DNA from: an uncultured Clostridia bacterium
Lineage (GTDB): Bacteria > Bacillota > Clostridia > TANB77 > CAG-465
Reading direction: 5' to 3'
NCBI GenBank assembly: GCA_944383035.1
Contig: CALWOE010000001.1
Span: 1-58,802 of the forward strand
Length of the DNA: 58,802 bases
Part shown: piece by piece, positions 39,706 through 49,138 of the stretch
Layout of the letters: every line of letters begins with the position of its first letter
Numbering within the stretch: the stretch's first letter is position 1
The notes under the pieces: generated by a model
Told to the model about the DNA's origin: nothing
What the model saw: only the letters and a program-made list of their open reading frames with translations
Database searches by the model: none
Translations under genes and position numbers: made by a program

Positions 39706-40499
39706 TTCATATTTGACAAATCAATTTTTATATCAAAATCAGTATTCTTTTTAACATTTATATCAGAAAATAATTCTTCTTGATCAAGTAATACCTGCTT
39801 TGTTCTACTTAACTCTAAAACTCCTAAAAAAGCTGTTACTACCTCTATATTATCACATTTAACTGGATTAAACATTTCATTAAATACAAGGTTATTATTT
39901 TCATTTAGATAAGATACAATTTGGTTTACTTTATCTTTTATTGTAACTTTTTCATAAAGTGCTATTTTATTTAATTCTGATGATTTTTTATTTATCTTAT
40001 TTATATTTCTTTGTAACATATCTACATACATATCATGTAAAACATTTTTATCTAATTTTTCACCAGAATATGTTGTTTTTTTATTAAATTTTATTTTTTC
40101 ATAACTTTTTGAAAAACTACCAAAATGTTCTTTATACATTGTATATATTACATCAGCAATTTCTTTATATTTTTTATATTCTATAATTTTTGCTATTATA
40201 TCTTGTTCAGTTAAAACTTCTTCATCATCTTCTTTTGGTGTAATTTCAGGTAATAATTTCCTTGCTTTTATATCAAGTAATGTTGCTGCCATAACTATAA
40301 ATTCACTTGTTACTTCTAAGTTTTCATCTGTCATTTGATTTAAATAACTGATATATTCATCTGTAAGTGTACTTAACGATATATCAAAAATACTCATTTT
40401 ATTTTTTGAAATAAGATATAAAAGTAAATCAAGTGGCCCTTCAAAATTTTGTAAAACAAAGTTATATTTAGGTTTATTTTTTATAATACTTTCTTGCAT
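39699..40499 (-). CDS. scpA: Segregation and condensation protein A (kleisin)
   Basis: N-terminus FEGPLDLLLYLISKNKMSIFDISLSTLTDEYISYL is the ScpA signature. 266 aa. Confidence 0.88.
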   Translation of the reverse strand: MQESIIKNKPKYNFVLQNFEGPLDLLLYLISKNKMSIFDISLSTLTDEYISYLNQMTDENLEVTSEFIVMAATLLDIKARKLLPEITPKEDDEEVLTEQDIIAKIIEYKKYKEIADVIYTMYKEHFGSFSKSYEKIKFNKKTTYSGEKLDKNVLHDMYVDMLQRNINKINKKSSELNKIALYEKVTIKDKVNQIVSYLNENNNLVFNEMFNPVKCDNIEVVTAFLGVLELSRTKQVLLDQEELFSDINVKKNTDFDIKIDLSNMNE

Positions 40500-40507
40500 A
40501 CAAACAC

Positions 40508-41227
40508 CTATAAACTAATTGCAAGTTCTAATGCGATTTTAATCATTTCATCAAATGTATTTTGTCTATCATCTGCAGATAATGATTCTCCTCTTAATGG
40601 TGCATCAGATACTGTAAACATAGCAATAGCATTTTTATTTGATATTTTAGCATTTGTGTATAAAGCAAGAGTTTCCATTTCTACACCTAAAGCTCCTGTA
40701 TTTTTCTCTTTTATTAAATTCTCATTTGAATTATAGAATTTATCTGATGTAAATACTTTTCCAATTTTAACTGTAGTTTCATTATTATTTACAATAATTT
40801 CTTTTAATTTATTTAACAACTCCTCACTGCATACTGGATTAATATTATTACAATTTTCAAATGTATTTAGGTAATTAGAATCAGTTACAACTTCATTTGC
40901 AACTATAATATCTCTTAATTTTACATCATCAGATAATGCGCCTACACTACCTACTCGAATAATATTTTCCACATTATACCCATCAAATAATTCTTTTGAA
41001 TATATTCCCATAGATGGTATTCCCATACCACTTCCTTGAACTGATATTTTTACATCTTTGTATGTACCAGTAAAACCTAGCATACCTCTAACATTATTAT
41101 ATAACTCAACATCTTTTAAATATTTATCAGCTATATATTTTGCTCTTAATGGATCACCTGGCATTAAAACTGTTTTTGCAATATCTCCTAAATTAGCACT
41201 ATTATGTGGTGTTGGCACATTTATCAT
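40508..41227 (-). CDS. deoD: Purine nucleoside phosphorylase, DeoD type
   Basis: TPHNSANLGDIAKTVLMPGDPLRAKYIADKYL and GVEMETLALY blocks. 239 aa. Confidence 0.9.
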   Translation of the reverse strand: MINVPTPHNSANLGDIAKTVLMPGDPLRAKYIADKYLKDVELYNNVRGMLGFTGTYKDVKISVQGSGMGIPSMGIYSKELFDGYNVENIIRVGSVGALSDDVKLRDIIVANEVVTDSNYLNTFENCNNINPVCSEELLNKLKEIIVNNNETTVKIGKVFTSDKFYNSNENLIKEKNTGALGVEMETLALYTNAKISNKNAIAMFTVSDAPLRGESLSADDRQNTFDEMIKIALELAISL

Positions 41228-41243
41228 ATAACTACCTCCTAAA

Positions 41244-41663
41244 TTACATATACGTATCTATATTAGTTTTAAATCCTCTTCTATATAAATACTGTTTCTT
41301 TTTTAAATCATCTAAATTTTTTAATTTGGAATTTAAAAGTTTTTCAATTATTTTTTGTTCATAATTATTATCTTTTAAATATTCTAATTTATTTTCAATT
41401 ATACACTTATCAAGGCCTTTTTGCAATAGCTTTTGCTTTATTTCAAAGATTGAATATTTTAAAAGACGCATACTTTGTTTTAAATATGCGTCTATATATT
41501 CCTCATCATTTAAATAATTTAAGTCTGATAGATAATCTATAACTTGATTTATTATATTATCATCAAAACCACTTTTTTTTAGTTTCTGATAAACTTCATA
41601 CTTTGTTTTCTTTGCCATTACAATATATTTTACAGCCTTTTCTTTTGCTATTTCAAACTCCAT
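41244..41663 (-). CDS. recX: RecX-like regulatory protein (short)
   Basis: It lies immediately downstream of recA. Helical-repeat pattern KAVKYIVMAKKTKYEVYQKLKKSGFDDNIINQVIDYLSDLNYLNDEEY. 139 aa. Confidence 0.75.
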   Translation of the reverse strand: MEFEIAKEKAVKYIVMAKKTKYEVYQKLKKSGFDDNIINQVIDYLSDLNYLNDEEYIDAYLKQSMRLLKYSIFEIKQKLLQKGLDKCIIENKLEYLKDNNYEQKIIEKLLNSKLKNLDDLKKKQYLYRRGFKTNIDTYM

Positions 41664-41681
41664 AAAATATACCTACCTTTT

Positions 41682-42764
41682 TTATTCTTCTATATCAAAA
41701 ACATCATCATCACTGATTGGTTCTTTTTCATCGTCTGCATCAGCACTTGGTATTTCATCTAAACTTTTTTCAAATGCCGCATTGAAATTATCTCTAACTT
41801 TTTGTTCTATTTCATTTAATAAATCTGGATTTTCTTTTAAATAAGCTTTAACATTTTCTCTACCTTGTCCAATTTTTTGACCATTATATGAGAACCATGC
41901 TCCACTCTTATTTACTATATTCATATCAGTAGCAATATCTAAAACACATCCTTCATTTGATATTCCTTTTCCATAAACAATATCAAATACAGCTTCTCTA
42001 AATGGAGGTGCTACTTTATTTTTAACAACTTTAACTTTTGTTCTACTTCCCATTACTTCTCCATTTATTTTTATTGCTTCTTGTTTTCTTACATCAAGTC
42101 TTATAGATGAATAAAACTTTAATGCTCTACCACCAGTTGTAGTTTCTGGGTTACCAAACATAATACCAACTTTTTCACGCAATTGGTTTATAAATATAGC
42201 AACTGTTTTAGATTTAGCTAAAACACCTGTTAATTTTCTTAAAGCTTGAGACATAAGTCTTGCTTGTAAACCAACATGACTATCTCCCATTTCACCATCA
42301 ATTTCAGCCTTTGGTACTAATGCTGCAACAGAGTCTACAACTATTATATCAATAGCGCCACTTCTTACCAATTGTTCTGTTATTTCTAATGCTTGCTCTC
42401 CTGTATCTGGTTGAGCAACAATTAAATTATCAATATCTACTCCTAAATTTCTAGCATAAACTGGATCTAGGGCATGTTCTGCATCTATAAATGCAGCAAC
42501 TCCACCCATTTTTTGTGCTTCTGCAATTGCATGTAATGCAACTGTTGTTTTACCAGATGATTCTGGTCCATAAATTTCTATTATTCTTCCTCTTGGATAT
42601 CCACCAATTCCTAAAGCTATGTCTAAACTTAAAGCTCCAGTTGGTATAGAATCTACATTAACAGTTGAAACTTCTCCAAGTTTCATAACTGATCCTTTAC
42701 CGAAATTTTTTTCTATTTGTGCTAAAGCAATGTCTAACGCTTTTTTTCTTTCTTCTGATATCAT
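41682..42764 (-). CDS. recA: Recombinase A
   Basis: Canonical RecA (GPESSGKTT Walker A). The start is moved to ATG 42764 (AAGGGGGAA RBS), because the track start at 42794 falls essentially at or upstream of the predicted transcription start. Confidence 0.97.
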   Translation of the reverse strand: MISEERKKALDIALAQIEKNFGKGSVMKLGEVSTVNVDSIPTGALSLDIALGIGGYPRGRIIEIYGPESSGKTTVALHAIAEAQKMGGVAAFIDAEHALDPVYARNLGVDIDNLIVAQPDTGEQALEITEQLVRSGAIDIIVVDSVAALVPKAEIDGEMGDSHVGLQARLMSQALRKLTGVLAKSKTVAIFINQLREKVGIMFGNPETTTGGRALKFYSSIRLDVRKQEAIKINGEVMGSRTKVKVVKNKVAPPFREAVFDIVYGKGISNEGCVLDIATDMNIVNKSGAWFSYNGQKIGQGRENVKAYLKENPDLLNEIEQKVRDNFNAAFEKSLDEIPSADADDEKEPISDDDVFDIEE

Positions 42765-42794
42765 ATATATTTCCCCCTTGTTTACTTCACACAA

Positions 42795-42823
42795 ATTATA
42801 CCAAACAAAAGTTCGTTTGTCAA
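42795..42823 (-). promoter_or_regulatory. recA promoter with embedded LexA (Cheo/DinR) box
   Basis: Minus strand TTGACA, 17-nt spacer, TATAAT. The spacer contains GAACTTTTGTTT (42803-42814), matching GAAC-N4-GTT(C/T). Confidence 0.75.
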
Positions 42824-42842
42824 CTAGTCATTTAATTTTTTA

Positions 42843-44471
42843 TTAAATAATATTTTCTAAATCATTTGTCAAAGAAACTTTTAATTTATCATTTATCATA
42901 TCAATAACATTATTTGGAACCCCAAAATAATATCCTTGAACATATCTTACACCAATCTCATTTAAAAGTTGTAATGTTTCTAAATTTTCAACGCCTATTG
43001 CTATCATTTTTATATCTCTTGAAATAGAATATGTAACAAGTTCATTAATATATTTTCTTTTCTCATTATCATTCACAATGTCTACTACAAAAGATCTATC
43101 TGGTACAATATAGTCAATATCTAATACATTTAAATCATCTATGCTTAAAGATCCAAGGCCAAAGTTATCTAAAGCTACAAGTCCTCTATTTTTATGTATT
43201 GTATCAATTGTATCCTTTAAATTATTTATATCTTTTTTATCATAGTTATGAAATTCCAATACAACTTTATTTTTTGCCATATAATCATAAAGTCTTGGTT
43301 TATTTATATACTTATTATAACTTTCAAGATCAGAATTTACAAAAATAAAATCAGATTCTTTTGATAAAATTGATGAAAAATCATCTATTCCATTAACAAG
43401 TAATGTTTGTTGCATTTTTTCATATCTTCCAATATCTTTTGCATAAGAAAATAATTCCATAATATCAACTTTTTTTGAGCTTTCAATTTTTGTAAATGTT
43501 TCATAACCATAAACTGATTTATGCTTTAAATCTATTATTGGTTGATAAAGTGGTAAAATTTTTCTTTTACTAATTATATCTTCTATTAAATGCTTCATCT
43601 CTTCTTGTGTCATTTTCTCATTTATTACTGGACTTTTATTTTCTGCATTTGCTGATTGCACTTGTTCATTTTCTACATCAACAGATACTTCTTTTTCAAC
43701 AGAATAAGCAAAATATGTATTTATAAATTCAATATATTTGCTTTTTACTAATTTATATTTATTATATACTTCTACACTTTTTGCTTTAGCATCAGAATCT
43801 TTAACATCCATAAGTAAATAAAATAGTTCTTTATTATTTCCTAATTTCCCAGCCAAAAATTTCATATTATCATATGTAATTTCGCCTTCATTTAAATATT
43901 TATCATGATATTTTATTAATGTTAATATTATATTTTTTTCTTCATCATTAAAATAAAATCTATTTAAAATCCCAGTTGCAAGTTCAACAGATTTCTCATC
44001 ATGATTTGCAAAACTATCCTTACCATCACTTTGTATCACTTTTACATATGGTTTTCCAATATCATGTAAAAACATAGTCCATTTAAGCAATTTCTTTTGC
44101 CAATCCCCTACTGGTATTTGTGGATTTCCAACATTTTCTATAGATGTAACAATATGTTTAAAAACATCATATTTATGATAAGGAGAATTTTGTTGGCAAT
44201 TAAATAAATTTTCTCCATATTCATTTACAACATAGAACTCAGGAAAATGTTTTTTAAATATCATATCTTGGCTTATTTTAAGTAATATAAAAGCAACATT
44301 ATCATCCTCTAAAACATCTGTATATATCTTAGTTAATTCTTGTGGATTATTATCATAGATATATAACTTTTGTATTATATTTTGTATTCTTGTTTCTTCT
44401 TTTAGATCCATAAGATCTGCTTCTATGCTAAAAAATCCATCATCAGCAAAAAACTTTTCAAATTCATCCAT
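42843..44471 (-). CDS. HD-domain plus EAL-domain protein (putative c-di-GMP phosphodiesterase; EAL motif reads ETF)
   Basis: HD motif FLHDIGKP. C-terminal EAL-family blocks YQPIIDLKHKSVYGYETF, DNFGLGSLSIDDL, IAIGVENLETLQLLNEIGVRYVQGYYFG. Confidence 0.78.
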   Translation of the reverse strand: MDEFEKFFADDGFFSIEADLMDLKEETRIQNIIQKLYIYDNNPQELTKIYTDVLEDDNVAFILLKISQDMIFKKHFPEFYVVNEYGENLFNCQQNSPYHKYDVFKHIVTSIENVGNPQIPVGDWQKKLLKWTMFLHDIGKPYVKVIQSDGKDSFANHDEKSVELATGILNRFYFNDEEKNIILTLIKYHDKYLNEGEITYDNMKFLAGKLGNNKELFYLLMDVKDSDAKAKSVEVYNKYKLVKSKYIEFINTYFAYSVEKEVSVDVENEQVQSANAENKSPVINEKMTQEEMKHLIEDIISKRKILPLYQPIIDLKHKSVYGYETFTKIESSKKVDIMELFSYAKDIGRYEKMQQTLLVNGIDDFSSILSKESDFIFVNSDLESYNKYINKPRLYDYMAKNKVVLEFHNYDKKDINNLKDTIDTIHKNRGLVALDNFGLGSLSIDDLNVLDIDYIVPDRSFVVDIVNDNEKRKYINELVTYSISRDIKMIAIGVENLETLQLLNEIGVRYVQGYYFGVPNNVIDMINDKLKVSLTNDLENII

Positions 44472-44675
44472 ATTTCTAACCTCTCTTATTTTTTTATATC
44501 ATTAATTAAAATATAATTTACATGTATATCTTACTATATATCTAAAAAAAAAGCAACACTAATACAATACTTTAATACTAATTATTAATATAACATTATT
44601 TTATTTTTTTGTTATATTATTTGAGTAATTTATTTAGTTATATTCATATATTTTTAACATTTTTTATGTTATTTA

Positions 44676-44779
44676 TTGACTTTTGAAACTTTTAATTGTA
44701 TAATATATGAGTATTATACAGTTAGTCAACTAAACCCCGGAAAGTTTGACGGACTTTATTTTTTATAGGAGGATTCAAA
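44676..44779 (+). promoter_or_regulatory. rplM promoter plus structured leader (L13-leader-like)
   Basis: TTGACT (44676-81), 17-nt spacer, TATAAT (44699-704). The leader contains GTCAAC-N13-GTTTGAC around a CCCCGG core, followed by a GGAGG RBS. Confidence 0.5.
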
Positions 44780-45214
44780 ATGAATAATACTACACATAGC
44801 GTAAAAGCTAATGAAATTGAAAAAAAATGGTATGTGTTAGATGCAGCTAACAAACCTCTTGGAAGAGTTGCTACTGAAGCTGCTAGACTTTTAAAAGGTA
44901 AACACAAACCTACTTATTCAACACATTTAGATTGTGGAGATAACGTAATTGTTATAAATTCTGATAAAATTGTTCTTACAGGGAACAAATTAAATCAAAA
45001 AGTTTACAGACATCATTCTGGTTATATTGGTGGTATGAAAGAAACTAAATATAACGTATTAATGGCTAATAACTCAGATAAAGCTTTATTATTAGCAGTA
45101 AAAGGTATGTTACCAAAAAATACATTAGGTAGAAACATGCTTAAAAAATTAAAAGTATTTAAAGGTGCTGAGCATAATCATGAAGCTCAAAAACCTGAAA
45201 TATGGAATTTTTAG
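44780..45214 (+). CDS. rplM: 50S ribosomal protein L13
   Basis: KWYVLDAANKPLGRVATEAARLLKGKHKPTY... is canonical L13. Confidence 0.97.
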   Translation: MNNTTHSVKANEIEKKWYVLDAANKPLGRVATEAARLLKGKHKPTYSTHLDCGDNVIVINSDKIVLTGNKLNQKVYRHHSGYIGGMKETKYNVLMANNSDKALLLAVKGMLPKNTLGRNMLKKLKVFKGAEHNHEAQKPEIWNF

Positions 45215-45227
45215 GAGGATATAGAAT

Positions 45228-45623
45228 ATGTCAAAAAAAGAATACATATATGCAACAGGAAAAAGAAAATCTTCTATTGCTAGAGTTAATATAATTCCTG
45301 GAACTGGAAAAATAACTATAAATGGAAAAGATATGAATGATGTTTATACACTAGATACATTAAAAGCTATTGTTTTAAAACCTTTTAATGTTGCAAACTT
45401 AATGGAAAAATATGATGTAGTTGCTACTGTAAGAGGCGGCGGATTTGCTGGTCAAGCAGGTGCTGTTGCTCACGGTATATCTAAAGCTTTAGCTTCAACT
45501 GATGTAGAAGTTCGTGGTGTATTAAAAAGACATGGACTGCTTACAAGAGATTCAAGAGTTAAAGAAAGAAGAAAATATGGTCTTAAGAAAGCAAGAAAAG
45601 CTCCTCAATTCAGTAAAAGATAA
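45228..45623 (+). CDS. rpsI: 30S ribosomal protein S9
   Basis: The C-terminus RDSRVKERRKYGLKKARKAPQFSKR is canonical S9. Confidence 0.97.
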   Translation: MSKKEYIYATGKRKSSIARVNIIPGTGKITINGKDMNDVYTLDTLKAIVLKPFNVANLMEKYDVVATVRGGGFAGQAGAVAHGISKALASTDVEVRGVLKRHGLLTRDSRVKERRKYGLKKARKAPQFSKR

Positions 45624-45637
45624 GAAGTTTTTCATGC

Positions 45638-45671
45638 AAAAAACAGAAGTTCAAATACTTCTGTTTTTTTT
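45638..45671 (+). terminator. Terminator of rplM-rpsI
   Basis: ACAGAAGT-TCAAAT-ACTTCTGT followed by TTTTTTTT. Confidence 0.8.
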
Positions 45672-45929
45672 GTCTGTTAAAATCACTTTACAGAAAATTT
45701 TTTCTAATAATTCTTTTGGTATATTATTTTTTTTATCTACTATTTCTATATTACAAGTATATGGTATTTGTTTTGTATATTTATCATAATATGCATAGAT
45801 TAACTCAAATTTTACTTGTATTCTACCAATATAAACAAATCTTTTAAAAATAATATACTCATTAGATATTTTTTTATCAACCATTAAATCATAATCTAAA
45901 ATTTTAATATGATTTGGCAGATTAAACAT
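45651..45929 (-). CDS. Hypothetical 92-aa protein
   Basis: The start is moved to ATG 45929 behind an AAGGGGGAG RBS. Its 3' end overlaps the rpsI terminator. I recognise no family. Confidence 0.5.
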   Translation of the reverse strand: MFNLPNHIKILDYDLMVDKKISNEYIIFKRFVYIGRIQVKFELIYAYYDKYTKQIPYTCNIEIVDKKNNIPKELLEKIFCKVILTDKKNRSI

Positions 45930-46067
45930 AAATCTCTCCCCCTTTATATTAATAATCATTAATATACAAAAAAATACTTAATATATTATATTCTAAATTT
46001 ACTATATAATAACAAAAAACATATAAACTTTTTAAATTTATATGTTCTTTTAATTAAAATTTATTTA

Positions 46068-46982
46068 TTATTTTTCTTTTCCTGAATTTAAAGCTTTTGT
46101 ATTTGTATTTTTAGATAACATTTTTTTTGCAAGCGCACAAATAATTGGATTTGTTGCTGAAATTGCTTCTATATTTTTCTTTAAACCTAAAGTCTTAAGA
46201 CAAGTATCAGTATAATCTACAACCATATCAAGTCCTGAGACAAATGATGCCATATCAGAATTTAAAAATACCATTGGTGTAGCCATTTCTTCTGGAGTTG
46301 CAAGTCTTCCAGCAAGACCAGCTTGTTCTATTAACTTATCTTCTCCCCCAATCATATCTTGAAATTCTTGTTTCATACCAGTATCTGTTGATGCAGGTAG
46401 TACGTTATTTATCCTAATTCCAAGTTTTGCAAATTCTACTGACTGTTCACAAGCAAATTGTGACATACATCTTTTTGAATACATATACGCAAAAGTAGCA
46501 GGAGCAGTACTTGCCAATTTTCTAGTTACACTTTCTACTTCTTCCCATGTTTTTGCATGTACTACTTTATTTTGTTCTTTTTTAAACTTTTTCCATTCTA
46601 AACCAGCTGTTGATGTGCAATATACAATAGAAGCTCCTCTTTCCATTCTGTCTTTTAAATAATATAATGTAATATACATATTTGATGTGTAGTTACAATC
46701 AAAAGTTGTCCTATAATCTGTTTTTGAACCAGAAAGACCAGCAACTCCAAAGAAAGAATCTATCTTTTCTGGAATATTTTTAAATACTTCATCAATTTGT
46801 TCTTTTTTTGATAAATCACATTTAAAGAATTTTGTTATTCCAGAAACATCACATTCATTTAAATCTATAGCATATACCTTTGCTCCTAAATCAACTAATA
46901 TTTCAGCAACTGCTTTTCCCATACCACTTGATGCACCTGTTACAACACATACCTTATTTTCATATCCAAAATAACTTTTCAT
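46068..46982 (-). CDS. Short-chain dehydrogenase/reductase family oxidoreductase
   Basis: VCVVTGASSGMGKA Rossmann motif, YxxxK (YMYSKRC), 304 aa. Confidence 0.87.
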   Translation of the reverse strand: MKSYFGYENKVCVVTGASSGMGKAVAEILVDLGAKVYAIDLNECDVSGITKFFKCDLSKKEQIDEVFKNIPEKIDSFFGVAGLSGSKTDYRTTFDCNYTSNMYITLYYLKDRMERGASIVYCTSTAGLEWKKFKKEQNKVVHAKTWEEVESVTRKLASTAPATFAYMYSKRCMSQFACEQSVEFAKLGIRINNVLPASTDTGMKQEFQDMIGGEDKLIEQAGLAGRLATPEEMATPMVFLNSDMASFVSGLDMVVDYTDTCLKTLGLKKNIEAISATNPIICALAKKMLSKNTNTKALNSGKEK

Positions 46983-47171
46983 TTGTACCTCCTTAAAAAC
47001 AAATTATTAATTCATTTAATTTTTTATACAAAAAAGTAGTATAATTTATTTTAATTATACTACACAAAAAAAATTATTTAAACAATTTAAGTTATTTTTT
47101 ATACAAAAATTCTACTCTGCTAATTTATTATACTCTTCTTGGTAAGAGCCTGGTATTTTTAAAAGTCTGTT

Positions 47172-48101
47172 TTAAATAAGAAAATTCATAATCAAATCAA
47201 TTATAACTTCTTTTTCTTTTGGGTTTGACTCCGCAATAAGTAATGTTAAGGCTGTTAAAGTGTTATTATCAATAATTTGTTTACCATCCTTATACAAAAT
47301 ATCATAATAATTTAAGAAATATATAAACAATGTTGCTGCGATGCGTTTATTTCCATCTATAAAAACATGGTTTTTAACAATCATGTATAAGAAATTAGAA
47401 GCTTTTTCTTCTATACTTTGATAAACATCATTATTATCAAACGTTTGATAAATATTTCCTATAATTGCTTCTAAACCTTTATTTCTTTCAATAGCAAAAA
47501 TATCACTTTCTTCATTAAATCTTAATTTATTAATTATTTCTAAACAATCTTTGTATTTTATTTGTTTTTTACTATTATTTCCTTTAGGTTTTAATAATGT
47601 TCTATGATCATAATCATCTAATAAGTCAAGAGCTTTTGAATAACTTCCTATTACTTTTAAAATTTCTTTGGCATCATTATTTTCTAATTTCTCATCAATT
47701 CTATTTGCAATATCTATTAATTTCACCGTTTTTTCTAAATATTCTAGTCTTTTTTGATTAACAGCATAGCCTTTTAACATATAATCTTTTAAAACTTTTG
47801 TTGCCCATTTTCTGAAGATAACACCATTTTGTGATTTAACACGATATCCGACTGATATAATTACATCTAAATTATAAAAAGGTACTTTTTGTTTAACACC
47901 ATCAACGTGTAAATTTTGCACGTTGTGATTTTCTATTAATTCTTGTTCCTTAAAAATGTTTATTATATGTCTTCTTATATTAGATTCCTCTCTGCCAAAC
48001 AATTCAGCCATTTGTTTAACATTTAACCATACAGTTTCGTTTTGCATATTAACTTCAAGTTTTACTCCTTGATTTTCAAAAATAATTATTTCGTTTTCTA
48101 T
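47172..48101 (-). CDS. RhuM-family N-terminal domain fused to a Fic/Doc (death-on-curing type) domain
   Basis: RhuM block VWLNVKQMAELFGREESNIRRHI...VISVGYRVKSQNGVIFRKWATKVLKDY. Doc motif HVFIDGNKRIAA. The conserved RhuM N-terminus (IENEIIIFENQGVKLEVN) extends 18 codons upstream of the track ATG, to an ATA codon 9 nt after an AAGGGAG RBS. Confidence 0.78.
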   Translation of the reverse strand: MENEIIIFENQGVKLEVNMQNETVWLNVKQMAELFGREESNIRRHIINIFKEQELIENHNVQNLHVDGVKQKVPFYNLDVIISVGYRVKSQNGVIFRKWATKVLKDYMLKGYAVNQKRLEYLEKTVKLIDIANRIDEKLENNDAKEILKVIGSYSKALDLLDDYDHRTLLKPKGNNSKKQIKYKDCLEIINKLRFNEESDIFAIERNKGLEAIIGNIYQTFDNNDVYQSIEEKASNFLYMIVKNHVFIDGNKRIAATLFIYFLNYYDILYKDGKQIIDNNTLTALTLLIAESNPKEKEVIIDLIMNFLI

Positions 48102-48139
48102 GACTCATCACTCCCTTTCTTTTTTACGTTAATAATATT

Positions 48140-48877
48140 TTAATTTAATTTTTCATACTCTTCATCAGTTACTGGTTCACACCATTCATTTGATGTATTT
48201 TCGCCTGGTACTTCAATTGAAATGTGACTAAACCAACAATTTGCAGCTCCATGCCAATGTTTTACATTTGCAGGTATTACCACTACATCTCCGGGATTTA
48301 ATTTTCTTACTTTTTTACCTTCTTCTTGATACCAACCTTCACCATCTGTACATATAAGAATTTGACCTCCGCCTTTAGTTGCATTGTGCTTGTGCCAATT
48401 ATTACGACATTTTGGAGAAAAAGTTACATTTGCAATTCCTACTGATGGTTCACCCGCTTTTGCTAATGGATTTAAATAACTCTGACCAATAAAATATTTT
48501 GCATAAGCATCATTAGGTTGTCCAAGTCCAAACATAGGATTAAATTCTTTATTGTCTCCTACATCTTCACTATATACTTCTGCTATCATTGGAAATACTG
48601 TCCATGCATTTGCCCAACCTGTATAAAAAGCAAGTTGTGTAACTATTTCTACTGCTTCTTCTTTAGTTACTCCGTGTGCTTTCCCCATTTGTAAATGTGC
48701 TTTTACTTGTGGAAAATTTTTTGCTCCCATCAATGCTGCAATAGTTATCATTGAACGATCGTGTAATGAAAGTTTATCTTCTCTTCCCCATACTTCTCCA
48801 AATAAAATATCATCATTATATCTTGCAAATTCTGGTGCTAACTTTCCAAGATTTTCTCTTCCTGCTGTTTGTTTCAT
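48140..48877 (-). CDS. Carboxymuconolactone decarboxylase (AhpD-like) domain plus cupin domain protein
   Basis: CMD block SLHDRSMITIAALMGAKNFPQVKAHLQMGKAHGVTKEEAVEIVTQLAFYTGWANA. C-terminal cupin NWHKH...GDVVVIPANVKHWHGA. Confidence 0.8.
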   Translation of the reverse strand: MKQTAGRENLGKLAPEFARYNDDILFGEVWGREDKLSLHDRSMITIAALMGAKNFPQVKAHLQMGKAHGVTKEEAVEIVTQLAFYTGWANAWTVFPMIAEVYSEDVGDNKEFNPMFGLGQPNDAYAKYFIGQSYLNPLAKAGEPSVGIANVTFSPKCRNNWHKHNATKGGGQILICTDGEGWYQEEGKKVRKLNPGDVVVIPANVKHWHGAANCWFSHISIEVPGENTSNEWCEPVTDEEYEKLN

Positions 48878-49138
48878 AAATATTACCTACCTTTCTTTTT
48901 TAATAATTTTATATATAATAAGAAACTTTATGAAAAAATAAGTATTTATAAAATATTTAGCAAAATCATTATGCAAATTTTCTATTTTTATATTCCTCAT
49001 TATTTATATAAAATCATAATATCTTAAGATATTTAAATTATATCAAACATCTGTTTAATTGTAAATATATTTTATAAAAATAATTTTTACTACTTGATTA
49101 AAGTTTACATATATTATATAATTTTTTTGGTGATTACT

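Noticed and set aside
44722-44907. A 61-aa minus-strand ORF across the rplM leader and start.
   Set aside because: It is antisense to the rplM leader and CDS, with no RBS.
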